A DNA stretch of 64,000 bases from Selaginella moellendorffii (lineage: Eukaryota; Plantae; Lycopodiophyta): contig NW_003314262.1 of the NCBI RefSeq assembly GCF_000143415.4, positions 2,840,603-2,904,602 of the forward strand, written 5' to 3'. A program made the translations under genes and the position numbers. Positions 49,839 through 61,928 of the stretch are shown piece by piece (positions within the stretch are counted from its first letter, which is position 1; every line of letters begins with the position of its first letter). The notes under the pieces are model-generated. The model was not told where the DNA came from, did not search any database, and saw nothing but the letters and a program-made list of their open reading frames with translations.

Positions 49839-51840
49839 AGTGTCCACATTGCGATCCACGCGGAGGAGTTTGGAGCTCTTGTGTTGAGATGTGGCAGATT
49901 AAATGCCCTGGAAGCAGGCAAGCTCTTGCACGCTCTGATTGCGCAGCTGCGAGTCCATGGCCGCCACTCGCTCACCAGGATCGGCAATCTTCTTGTGGAG
50001 ATGTATGGCAAATGCGGCAGCACGGACGACACACGCACGGCATTCGATGCCATCGCCGACAAGAATGTCTTACCTTGGGGCTTCTTGATCGCAGCCTACG
50101 CTAGCAGGGATGAGAGATTTAATGTTCTTGGGGAGATGTGCTTGGAGGGAGTGAAGCCGGAGGTTCACTCCCTCCGGTGAGGTCTTGCTTGACGCTGGAG
50201 CAGGGCAACCTTGTTCGATCGCTCCTCGAGGAGTGTGGGCTTAGCAGGGATTTGCAGATTGCCACAGAGATTCGGAGGATGTGTGGATTTCTCCATGTCT
50301 GGCTGTTGAGAATCTTGGACAGAAAGATTTGCTGGCCTGGAACGCGATGATCGACGCTCATGCCCAGTGCGGGCAATGCAATGAGGCATTTGCAATTTAC
50401 GAGAGGATGCCTTTGCTGTGACGATCTGGGCAATGGAGAAGAGATCCATGCTTGTGTCGTGAGGAATGGGACGTTGCCATGTCCACTGCATTGGTGCGCT
50501 GATACGGTCGCTGTGGAAATCCAGAGAAAGCAATGACTGTGTTTGTGAAAACAAGGATGTGGGGCTATGGACTGCGATGATCCTCTGCCTCGCTCAGAAG
50601 CAAAGGATCATGGAAGCCATTCGAGTGGAATAGCACTCCATCCTGGAACATCCTTCAACTGGACCATATTTCTCAAGTGGTGGATAAAATGTTGCCTTGT
50701 CATTCTTCCCTGCTGTTTATTCTGGGGATGCAATGATGCCGGAGAATGACAACTCTAGATTCGTTGAGTTTGCATTGGGCTGCCTGCTCTCAAACAAGGT
50801 TTCTGAGCAAGCAACTTTATGCTGGTTGCTCTCCTCCAAGGATTCTCGAGTTCTTCAAGGTCTGGGATAAGCACAGGCATGATCAGCTCAAGAGCCATGG
50901 AGTTTCTGTGTTATACTGGAGGAGATGTTCTGACCAGGGACGATCTAGTTGTTGGTAAAATGCTTTGAAGTCACATGCTTTGAAGCTAGCTGTTTGAGAG
51001 ATGGAACACCATGGTCCAAGACCAGCCATCCCGAAGAAGCTCTCTTGAAGGTGGTAAGGCTGATACGTTCACGTTTACCAGTTGCGAGCATGCATTGCTA
51101 CAAACAGTCAGTACAGTGTTACAAAAAATGGCGTGGAATGGCCCTCAACATTTTTTAGTTCTTTTTGTGCAAGTTCAGCATAATCCACGCTCCATCCCAG
51201 ATCCTCATGACCCTAACCATGATTTCCTGCGGTAATCGGCATCCTTATCAACTGCTCCAAGACCCAGAGGCTCGGTCTTGCAAGAGGGACAAATGAGATG
51301 CAGTGGTGTGGAGTTCCAGATCAGGCCATATCCAAGACGCTCTGGATATCTTCTCCCAGATGGATGCCTATGCGGAAACTGGCATGCCTCAGCCAGCGCA
51401 AGACCTCTCATTGGGATTTCATGTTCAAGTCGGAGACAATGGTGGTCAACTCTCTTATGCAAAGGTTTGACAGGATGAGCTTCCACTCCAGGAGCAGATA
51501 TCATCTCATGGACTGCCATGATCTCAGCTCACACTTAGCACAGCTGGAACTCTAAGTCAATGGAACTGTTCCAGAGGATGCAACAGTGGAGCCAAATCAA
51601 GTGACTTTTATGAGTATCTTGACCAGGAGCGGTTGGTGGTCACCTGTTTCATATGGTTGATCTTCTTGGACGAGTTGGGTGCTCAAGCATGCGCAAGAGA
51701 TGGGAGAGTCTAACTCTTCTCGTAAAACCAAGGAATTGCTACCGTGTGCGATGGTGGAGAGCTTTTGGAGGATGGTAGGAGACTGAGATATGGCCTCATG
51801 ATTGTGGAAGAGCACTAGATTCCTCAGATATTCCAACAGG
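49839..51840 (+). pseudogene. PPR pseudogene, deletion-riddled relative of 57631-59907
   Basis: Colinear nucleotide similarity to the intact PPR, with frameshifts and deletions. Confidence 0.88.
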
Positions 51841-52895
51841 TCCAAGGATGTGACTTTGCTTGTGGCTCAAACCCCACCCTTGTTTAGAAATTTGTTCTTG
51901 TAACTTCCCTATGGGAAATGTGAGACTGCTGGCTCGATTGTTGGCGAAGACAATCTCCACCATCACAACATTGTGGCATGGAGATTATCTTCATGAACAA
52001 ACTGCTGTTTCAGCTCTAACTTTTATCAGACTAGTAAGCTTTAATTTTCTTGCTCTTTTCTGTCAAATTTGTTTCACCACCTTCGGACTCTTAAAAGAAG
52101 TTGCCGTCAAGCAAGGTAGAAATGCTGGTTAACTTTCGAACTTAGAAGGACTATGCACACGGATTACGCTCCAAGCAATGCATCATAGCCCGGAAGTTGA
52201 CACTCCAGTGATGTTTGTTGAAATTTGTAATTATCTTGTCCCGAAAATGTTATTTTTTTCTATTGTTATCACTGACTAATTGAAACTTTTAATGCTGTAG
52301 CGCATTGATGATCGATATGCACTTCAAAATCCACCCCCCGTGAGAATGTGTTTCTGACAATAAATTCTTTATCATAAACTGAGTAATGAGATTCAGCACT
52401 TGAAAATTTATGACTTTCAAAAGCAATTACATTATTGTCTTGCATGAGCACAACACTGATTCCAGCATCACTTGCATATGTCATCACTATGAACGACTTT
52501 GCAGGATTTGGAAGAACAAAGACAGGAGCCGTCGTCACTGCCATTTGCCACCCTGACGTCCAATGGTTCCTTAGTCATCAAGCCCAGCCACTGTAGTATT
52601 GCTCTTGACATGAAGTTGTGAGAACAACCATTATCCAGCAACTCTTGGCCTTTTAACTAACTTATGGCATGCAATTTGTAGCTTTGCACATGTAAATTTT
52701 TTGCACGTCCACGTGGCAAATGTTTATTCACATGAGCATCAATGACTAATCCATGACACATAGCTTCTGAGGGCTCAGGAATGGCTTGGTGTGCTGGGCT
52801 CGGAGCATCATGATCAGAGCAGCCTCAGGTTGGGAGGAGAACTCGCAGCAGTCCAAGAACCATAGCAATACTTGGATTATTCATGCCCAGATTGC

Positions 52896-55000
52896 CCAGA
52901 GATGCTTGATTTTTAGGGTAAAAGTTGGGCTTTTTCCAAAAGATTTGAGATGGGGTTATTATTGGCCTATAAGCTACAATCGGGCTAAACATGCTATTGT
53001 AAGCCACAAGGACATGCAAGTCCTCAACTTGGTGGACATTAAGATACCCCTCCAATATATTTTTCTATCTGCTCAACTACAATATTAATTCTTCCATCAT
53101 TGCCTTGGGATCCCCCATGGCATCTCTTTTTCTTTTGCATTGACATCAATTCATGTAGTGCTTCTTGCAACTCCAAAACCACCACATATCAATCGTGGAC
53201 AATAGCCACCTCATTCTTGCTCACTTCTTGAACTTGTTAAATCACTTTGTGGTAGGGATTGTGAAGATTCTAGGCTAAACTATGAGAATCCATTGACACT
53301 CACATATTTCGCATGAGAGGGACCATTCCATTGAGATTTAGTAGCATGGCTAAAAGGAACCTCAGGCATGACCTCAAGCTTCTCTAGAGAATGGTGAGAA
53401 TACTCTATATCCAAATCTTTTTCAGTGGAAAGACATGAAGTCACCTCAGAAAGATTGGTTGCTACTGCCTTGCCACTCAGGCCTTTGACCCGTGCCAATT
53501 GTGATCCTTCTACAAAGTCTCCCACTCAAGGAAAGCTTGCTCTTTCTCACATCCTCCTCACTGTTGAACTCCAAACATACCCATACCACCCTCTTAAGCA
53601 TCTTTTCCCTTGGCACTAGCTAGAGGTGTTGCCATTGGTGTCTTTCCTTGGGTGTGCTCTTTTTCCTTCTCAGCAATATCAATCTCACTCTGCTTTGCTT
53701 TGTAGAATATTCACCCGGTCTTGAATTGGATCTACCATTGGCCATCTACCTACATTCAACTCATCAAGAAGATGCCACAACAATATTGGGTTAGTGATTA
53801 ACAAAAGAAACTCACACTTTAGAAGCTAATTCTCTCCCCCATATATAAATCATCACACAATGTCTCTAATATCAAGAAGGGTGCAATGAACAAACTCATC
53901 ACTCAAGCTACATGGTATGGAAAATCTGACATGTCAGCCTAGTGATGCTTCCCTGATCTCTCACTAATATAACCCTGTCACCCTTTGCTTGCTAGTGGTG
54001 GCCTTACAATGCAAAACAAGTTTGCACACTTGACTTAGCCTTGCAGTGCACTTAAGATGCCAACACAAGATCTCCAAACATGCTTACTTCGAGGTACTCT
54101 AGACACTAAAAGAAACACACTTGCTGTTCAAACAAAAAACCCATACAAAACAAACATGAGCACACTTCAATCCAAGCTATACTCAAGATGCTCATAAGTA
54201 ACCACACTCACTCTAGAACACACTAAGACATGTTGTCAAATACAGAATCCCCAAGGGGTGGGGTGAGGTTTGGCCTCACCTAACCCTCACTCCACTCTTA
54301 TTCTCCAGCTCTGAGGGATCTCAGAATTCCCTCATAAACCCTAATCCACATCACTACCTACTAGGAAATTGAGAGCTTACTTTGTTCCAAGTAATACTGA
54401 GTTAAAAATTCGAGACAAGCTTCATGACTTTAAGCAACAAGGTACCCATGTTCAAGAATTTTTATCCTTGGTCTTGGAAGTAGAGGACATGACAAATAAA
54501 TAAAAAATGCACCAATGTATATGGGGACTAAAGAAAGCTCTGTGTAGAGGTTGAGAAGGCCTTACCTAACATTTTTGTGGATGCCATGGAATACTTGCGA
54601 CATTCATGGCGATCTGGAGGATATGAACTTTAAAAGGAAGTAGACAGCTAGGAGTCATGGACAAAGAAATTTAAGCAACTGAGTATGGGCTCTGTTACAT
54701 TTACAATGACCCAGGACATCTCTTCTGGTAGTGCCACTTAAGACCAAGAAGACTGGAGAAGTGGCATCCTCCTCCACTCCAGCAGCCACGCAAGCAACAT
54801 CACACCCTAAGCTTCCGAACGTCTTACCACAGATGAGTGCTGCTCAAGCAAAGGCTAAATTTGGGCTGCACGATACCTTTTGGTTGAAGATTTACCAAAG
54901 AATATTCTAGAATATACTTTGTTGTCACCCATGCACTATATGCCCATTCTAATTCATACACAATTCAACATAGGCATTGAGCCAATAATATGTAGATCAG
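52896..55000. mobile_element. Degenerate LTR-retrotransposon debris
   Basis: GYYWP integrase-like motif at about 52950; gag-like ELKIRDKLHDFKQQG at about 54400; broken zinc knuckle CYIYNDPGHLFW*C at about 54695; no long ORF. Confidence 0.5.
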
Positions 55001-55689
55001 AACTTATGTTGCAGGCTCTTGTTTCTTGGCTGTGAGCAAGTTGCAGCAAACTCATTGTGTAGGTGGAATGGGGTTTGTTCAAACATGTGATGGTATGCAA
55101 GAGATGAAAAGTGTTGGTTGCGGTGGTGTTGGTCTTCCAGAGCCAATGTTAAGTGCTTTGATCAAGAAAGCTGAAGATCATGAAGGTTCCCACCAATCAA
55201 TCTTCTCCTAGGCATGCTACAAGGTTGGATCTTATTCTCATTTGATCCTCTTGCTGGCAAGTCCTTGTTCATGAGTACTACCAAATCAACAACAAGGAGC
55301 ATTTCAATTTGTATTGATGAAGGCTTTTTCACATGAGTTTGATCCAAGAGGAAGTTGACAAAGGCAGTTGTGCAGAGGAAGATGTTTTTGAGCGAGAAAT
55401 CATTATGCAGCTCATACAATGGAACAACGTCAGCAACAAGAGCTGCCACAAGCATCGCCAGGACGAATTTTCAGTATCACCAGGACGATTTTCAACACTA
55501 GGCCGTGCATTGTCCAGGCATGGTGGAAGTTATCTTCTAATACAATACATGAGAGCTTGGAATCTTGCTAAGTGACAAAATTTAATAGCTTTCTTGTATG
55601 GTTTGAGGATTCCTTTGCCGGAAGTGAGAGCTGAGAGGTTCGAACAAGTGAAAGTACACTGAGTCACGGTATTCCTAGCAGAAAGCCAT

Positions 55690-56575
55690 CAGGTGTTCAA
55701 GCTAGATATCGTGACCGTTCGCTATTGCATCATCCTGTAAACCTTAAATTGCAAACCCGACTACCGAACAAGGTAAACGTACCTCTTCTAGTTTCATGAT
55801 GGCTTGGGACGCGCCGGCAGCATCAAGCAGAAGGATGTTGTAGTCCTTGATGTCCTTTTTCTTCTTGGTCACATCAGTGTTCATAGCTTGGATCTGCACA
55901 AAATATTGTTGTAAGAAAAACTATTTTGCGAGAACATAAACAACGAAAAGAAACAATACTTCAGAATCCACTTCCGCTCCGTCTTGCCGTGTCACAGACG
56001 TGAGTACGTCAAACAAAATACCAGCTGTCTGATAAGCTTTCGCAAGCGACGCCCTGTTAATCCAAATCACAGTGAAGCTTTGACATTCAAATTCATGGCT
56101 ATGAGACCTGTCCTGATGGTCGGCCTCCGAAGCCCTGACGTGTTTGTCGTAATAGTTTTGGTAGAAGCGCTGCATCTCCCGCGCATCGCTTCTTTCACGC
56201 CTCGCAAGCCTGGAGGGCTCCTCATCCTGCCCAAAAGAAATAAGAACACCAAGACAGCGAAAAAAAAAGAAAACTCCAGACCTTCTCCAGCCGCAGCAGA
56301 AGCGCCGTCTTGAACTGCCGGACTCCTCGACCACTCGAAGAAGGATCATCATAGTGAGCTCTGTCGTAAGCATAGAATCGACCTATCAATCCACGAGAAG
56401 AACATAGATAAGAAACCGACCATTCTAAAGAATCGCTATATAAAAACTTACAAAGATAAAGCCACTCGTTGGCTGTCTTGGCAACACGGAGTATGGCGGC
56501 AATAGGACCCAAGGACGATGGCACGACCTCGCTATCGAATTCGGTCCGGAACGTCCCATCGTCGTCATTGCTCAC
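55690..56575 (-). pseudogene. Callose synthase (GSL/CalS) 5' fragment
   Basis: FDSEVVPSSLGPIAAILRVA; DPSSSGRGVRQFKTALLLRLEK; SDAREMQRFYQNYY; LAKAYQTAGILFDVL; YNIL; deletion in exon 1 and no glucan-synthase domain downstream. Confidence 0.85.
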
Positions 56576-56847
56576 GACGATGGAGATCGATCAGAGGCGG
56601 CGTAATATCGAATCTCTACTCCAATAGATGATGGATCCCAAACCTGCAAGCATTGTGAGCCTGAAATCCTGGACAGGCAGGAGATGCGAGCTCGCTACCT
56701 AATCGCCGAGGCGCCAAAACCCCAGGGTTCTTGCTCCTCGCCTAGACGATGAACAGCGATAGTCCCAGCACGAAAGCCGCCATTTGCTTCTGGCGCTCCC
56801 TGCGGGGTGTCAAGAACACTTGCGGTTCGATTCTTCCACTCTTAATC

Positions 56848-57604
56848 TGTTGAAAACTAAGGAAGAAGACAAAAACTCTATCACTCAGATATCATCTCAT
56901 TATACATACACGGGTAAAAGTCAGATCCACCACGTGTCATCACGTGTCTCAGCCGTATGGTGATCCTACCCCACTCAGCCGAGATCAGCGTGTGAAGGCT
57001 GTATCAGAAAAAATAAACTAATGCTAAACCACTGTGAATCTATCTCACTCCCCCCACTCAGCCAAGAAAAGCTGAGTTCATGAAATTAGCATTTTGTGGT
57101 GTTGAACAACAGTAGCAGCACATTCCAAGGTACCCAAGCTTGCACACAGCTCAGTTTGTACCAGGACCTGTTAGGAACCAGCATTTTGTTCCATCTCCCC
57201 CACTCAAATGTGATCTCTCCATCAACCTCAAGGCCCTTGCGCACAGCAATTCCCAGGAAGAGAAGAAGCCTCTTGGCAGCATCAGCAAATCTCCAGCCCA
57301 AGGTAGCTTTCCCTTGTAGCAGCAGAGGCATCAAATCGTCTCCAACAGTAGCAAGCAGTGCCACAACCCTTCCAATTCAAATCCAGGCCAGGCTCGATCA
57401 AGAACCGCCTCCATTTTAGGGTTGCCTGCACAAGACAAAATAAACAAGAAAACCTCCATCTTGATATTTGCAATTCACAGCCGCTCTAGATCAGGGGGCT
57501 CGTCGTCTTCCTCCTCTTCCTCCTCCATTCAGCCTAGGGTTTAATCCCTGAGCTCTGATACCATGTTGAAAACTAAGGAAGAAGAGAAAAACTCTATCGC
57601 TCGA
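56848..57604 (-). mobile_element. Non-autonomous LTR element (TRIM-like): full 200-bp 3' LTR, 516-bp internal region, 5' LTR truncated to ~40 bp
   Basis: tgttgaaaactaaggaagaaga.aaaaactctatc at 56848 and 57564; PBS TGGTATCAGAGC (57563-57552, - strand); PPT GGGGGGAG next to the LTR start TGAGATA at 57047. Confidence 0.85.
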
Positions 57605-57630
57605 TGGTCGAATTAAGCAACCTTTACTAA

Positions 57631-59907
57631 ATGCCACGTAAGTGGATAACTTATGGGCGAATGGTCAACTCTAAGTCCAAAATGCTTCTTCCGCTGGACG
57701 CAGAGGAGTTTGGGGCTCTTGTGTCAAGATGTGGCAGATCCAATGCCCTGGAAGCAGGCAAGCGCTTGCACGCCCTGATCGCGCAGCTGCGATTCCATGG
57801 CCGACATTCGCCCACCAGGATCGGTAATCTTCTCGTGGACATGTATGGCAAATGCGGCAGCGCGCACGACGCGCGCACAGCATTTGATGCCATCGCCGAC
57901 AAGAACGTCTTCTCTTGGGGCTTCTTGATCGCGGCCTATGCTAGCACGGATGAGAGATTTAAGGTTCTTCGGGAGATGTGCTTGGAGGGAGTGAAACCGG
58001 ACAAGGTGGCGTTCCTTAGACTGGTGAGGTCTTGCTTGACGCTGGCGCATGGCAACCTTGTTCGATCGCTCCTCGAGGAGTGTGGGCTTAGCAGGGATTT
58101 GCAGATTGCCACAGAGCTTTTGAGGATGTATGGATCACTGCAGGAAGGCCGAATGGCTGGAAATTTTTTTGAGAGTCTTGGACAGAAAGATCTGGTGGCC
58201 TGGAACGCGATGATCGATGCTCATGCCCAGTGCGGGCAATGCAAAGAGGCATTTGCAATTTACGAGAGGATGCCTTTGCAAGCGGACAAAGTCACCTACA
58301 CGACGCTTCTTTCATGCTGTGACGATCTGGTCGATGGAGAAGAGATACATGCTTGTGTAGTGAGGGATGGGATCGAATGGGACGTTGCCATGTCCACTGC
58401 ATTGGTGCGTTGCTACAGTCGCTGCGGAAATCCAGAGAAAGCAGTGGCTGTGTTTGAGAATTTCTCAGGGAACAAGGACGTGGGGATGTGGACTGCGATG
58501 ATCCTCTGCCTCTCTCAGAACCAAAAGATCACGGAAGCAATTCAAGTTTTCCGAGAGATGGAACAGCAAGGTTTCCGAGCAAGCAGCTTTACGTTGGTTG
58601 CTCTCCTTCAGGGATTGTCGAGCTCTTCGAAGTCTGGGTTTAGCACAGGCATGATAAACACGATCAGCTCGAGAGCCATGGAGTATCTGTGTTCTACTGG
58701 AGGAGATGTTTCGACCAGGGACGATCTAGTTGTTGCTACAGCACTGGTGAAATGCTTTGGAAGTCACGCGAGAATCAATGAAGCTGAGGAGGTGTTTGAG
58801 AGATTTCGACTCTGTAGATTCGACTTGGTGCTCTGGAATGCCATGGTATGGGCTTATGCCGAGACCAGCAATCCTGAAGAAGCTCTGTTCGTGCTGAAAA
58901 AGATGGATCTGGAAGGTGGTAAGGCTGATACGTTCACGTTGGCGACTGTTTTAACTGCGTGTGCTACCAGTTGCGAGCATGCATTGCTACAAACGAGCTT
59001 TCTTCATGATCGAGCGACCAGTTTGGGGCTTGGATCCGATCCAGTCGTGGTAGCAGCACTTATCAACTCGTACTCCAAGTCCCAGAGGCTCGGCCTTGCG
59101 AGGAGCGCTTTCGAAGGACTACCGACAGACAAACGAGATGCAGTGGTGTGGAGCTCCATGATCATGGGATATGCAAGATCAGGCCACATCCAAGACGCTC
59201 TGGAGATCTTCTCCAAGATGGATCATCCGGACAAGATCACAATCGCGCAGGTGCTGGATGCCTACGCGGACCTGGCATGCCTCAGCCAGTGCAAGGCCGC
59301 TCATCGGGATTTCGTGTCGCCAAACCAAGAGCTCGAGTCGGAGACAATGGTGGCGAACGCTCTTGTACACATGTACGCGAAGTGTGGGAGCCTGGACGAG
59401 GCCAGGAGAGTTTTCGACAGGATGAGTTTGCAGTCCAGGAACATCGTCTCGTGGACTGCCATGATCTCGGCTTACGCCCAGCACGGCCGGAGCTCCGAGT
59501 CGATGGAACTGTTCCAGAGGATGCAGCAGCGAGGAGTGGAGCCGAATCAAGTGACTTTCATCAGTATCTTGAGCTCTTGCAGCCACTCGGGCTTGATCGA
59601 TCATGCAGCGTACTGTTTCTACAGCATGGAGCAAGATCACAGCTTGGTGGCGTCCCAGAGTCATCTGGTTCATATGGTTGATCTTCTCGGACGGGCTGGG
59701 ATGCTCAAGCACGCGCAAGAGATTGGGGAGTCTAGCTCTTCTCGCAAAAGCGAGGAATTGCTTCCGTGCGCGATGGTGGAGAGCTTGCTTGGAGGATGCT
59801 ACACGCAAGGAGACCGAGAGATGGCCTCCAAGATTGTGGGAAGAGCGCTAGAATCTCCCTCGGCGTACGTTAAATATTCCAACATTCGTCAGGTCCAGGT
59901 ATCTTGA
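57631..59907 (+). CDS. PLS-class PPR protein, intact, short E-like tail and no DYW domain (start could be 57661 or 57682)
   Basis: 758-aa ORF; LVDMYGKCGS, SWTAMISAYAQHG, ILSSCSHSG, MVDLLGRAG, SAYVKYSNI. Confidence 0.9.
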   Translation: MPRKWITYGRMVNSKSKMLLPLDAEEFGALVSRCGRSNALEAGKRLHALIAQLRFHGRHSPTRIGNLLVDMYGKCGSAHDARTAFDAIADKNVFSWGFLIAAYASTDERFKVLREMCLEGVKPDKVAFLRLVRSCLTLAHGNLVRSLLEECGLSRDLQIATELLRMYGSLQEGRMAGNFFESLGQKDLVAWNAMIDAHAQCGQCKEAFAIYERMPLQADKVTYTTLLSCCDDLVDGEEIHACVVRDGIEWDVAMSTALVRCYSRCGNPEKAVAVFENFSGNKDVGMWTAMILCLSQNQKITEAIQVFREMEQQGFRASSFTLVALLQGLSSSSKSGFSTGMINTISSRAMEYLCSTGGDVSTRDDLVVATALVKCFGSHARINEAEEVFERFRLCRFDLVLWNAMVWAYAETSNPEEALFVLKKMDLEGGKADTFTLATVLTACATSCEHALLQTSFLHDRATSLGLGSDPVVVAALINSYSKSQRLGLARSAFEGLPTDKRDAVVWSSMIMGYARSGHIQDALEIFSKMDHPDKITIAQVLDAYADLACLSQCKAAHRDFVSPNQELESETMVANALVHMYAKCGSLDEARRVFDRMSLQSRNIVSWTAMISAYAQHGRSSESMELFQRMQQRGVEPNQVTFISILSSCSHSGLIDHAAYCFYSMEQDHSLVASQSHLVHMVDLLGRAGMLKHAQEIGESSSSRKSEELLPCAMVESLLGGCYTQGDREMASKIVGRALESPSAYVKYSNIRQVQVS

Positions 59908-60169
59908 AACCGTGCTGGCCTCGAGCGTTAGTCGTCCACACCTTTTTACATACATCTGGAGAAGCAAGTTCCCCAACAAACCCTTCCAATCAAATCCGCC
60001 CAAAGAGATTTGCTCGTGGATCCTGAAAGAGCGCTTGGAGGAGACGATCCAGAAGTCCAGAACATCTCAGCTGTCACTATGGCGAATGATTGGAGCGCGG
60101 TGGAGTGGACCAAGTCGTCCGGCTCCAGCATTCGATGGAAGAATTCGATGAAACCTTGCGTCCAGGAGC

Positions 60170-61145
60170 ACGGACATTGCGATCGATGCGGTGGAGTTTG
60201 GGGCCCTTGTGTCGAAATGTGGGACGCATGCAAGCGCGGCTGCAATTCCATGGCCGCCACTCGCCCACCAGTATCGGCAATCCTCTGGTGGACATGTATG
60301 GCAAGCGCACGACAAGCGCGGGGCATTCGATGCCATCGCCGAGAAAAACGTCTTCTCTTGGGGCTTCAAGATTGCGGCCCATCCTTGCAGCGAGGAGGTG
60401 GATGAAGCCGGACACAAGGTAGCGTTCGTTAGCCTGGTGTAACGCTGGAGGAGTGGCCTTTCAGGGATTTCGCCACATAGATTGCGAGGAAGTATGGATC
60501 GCTGCAGGAAGGTTGACTGGCTGGAAAAAATTACAGAAAGATCTGGTGGCGATGATCGATGCTTATGCCCAGTGAATTTGCAAGTTTGCCTGCGCGTGGG
60601 ATCGATTGGGACGTCGCTATGTCCACAGCACAGGTGAAAAGCTTTGGGAGTCGCGGGAGGATCAATGAAGCGGGCTATGCCGAAGAAGCTGCTCAAAAAG
60701 GAAGGCTGATAAGTTGTGGAGTAGATAAAAGCACGACTGGATCGGATCTAAGCCTCTGCTCGATCGTCAAGAAAGCTCAATAGCTATAGCAAATGCATGC
60801 TCGCAACCGCTCGCAACTGGTAGCACACAATTAGAACATCCAAGACGCTGGGCCACATCCAAGACGCTATGGAGATCTTCTCCAAGATCGATCATCCGGA
60901 CAAGATCATAATCGCCCAGGTGCTATGCGAATCTGGCACGCCTCAGCCAGTGTAAGGCCGCTCATCGGGATTTCATGTTGCCAAACCAAGAGCTCGAGTT
61001 GGAGACAATGGTGGTCAACGCTCTTGTACAGGAAAGTTTTTGACAGGATGAGCTTCACCGTGTGCAATGGTGCAGAGCTTGCTATTGGAGGATGCTACAA
61101 GACCGAGAGATTCCAAGGTTGTGGGAAGAGCACTAGATTTGCTAG
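60170..61145 (+). pseudogene. Heavily deleted PPR pseudogene, tandem relative of 57631-59907
   Basis: Colinear blocks such as ccatggccgccactcgcccacca, ggccacatccaagacgct, ccaaaccaagagctcgagt. Confidence 0.85.
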
Positions 61146-61712
61146 TTACGATGGTGAATTTGCTTGTGGCAACAGTAACTGCCAAACTCATGAATGCACG
61201 CAACAAACCCTACTCTTTGCTGTGAAATTTGTTTCTTTTAAGAACTTGTGAGACTGCTTTAAGTATGTTTTACGAAAACATGGCACCAGTTGAGAGATAC
61301 AATTGCAATTGCTTGTGCTGCATGGAGCTCCTTGCAACTCAATGTTAACAATAGAAACAATAAAGTTTTAGGGGCAAGATGCTTACCAATCTTGACACAG
61401 TGTAAGATCACATCACGTTCTCCCTGGGCTTGGAGATGTTCTTCAACACATGGAAGTAAGTTTTGCAAACTTTCAAGAACCTACGGGTATTTATTTCTTG
61501 CCAGTTTAATTTTTCTTCACTCACTTCAATGTAAATGAAAAAAAGAGTAATGGTTTGACAGCTCTGCGCGTATACGAGAACGGTGGTTGTAGTTAATCGG
61601 CCTTGGCCCAGGACCACTTGATCATGACCTTCATGGAACGTGTGCTCGTATGGCCCAGGGGAGATCCGGAAACTGGTGTAGCCATACGTCGTATCCTCCT
61701 GCAAGGATGTTA

Positions 61713-61795
61713 ATTCCAAAAATGTGGCTGGATGTTCTTGTTCTTCTGCTTCTAATCATCGCCTCCTCATTCTTCGGAAAATCGCAAGCTCAACA
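61713..61795 (+). repeat. Inverted copy of the P450 5' coding end (63421-63506)
   Basis: attccaaaaatgtg..ttctgcttctaatcat..cgcctcctcatt..gcaagctcaaca matches the P450 sense strand. Confidence 0.85.
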
Positions 61796-61928
61796 CAGAT
61801 AGGAAGGTACCACCAGAACCAAAGGAATATTGGTGCCAGTGGCTCCGGAAAACGATTGTCATTCAAGTCAAAGACTGGATATGTTTGGATCAGCGCACTG
61901 ATATATAATAGTCCGGCAGTTGAATTCC

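Noticed and set aside
49815-49841. Helitron 3' end (caacgca..CTAG|T) at the edge of the PPR pseudogene
   Set aside because: No convincing GC-rich hairpin stem and no 5' TC end could be defined
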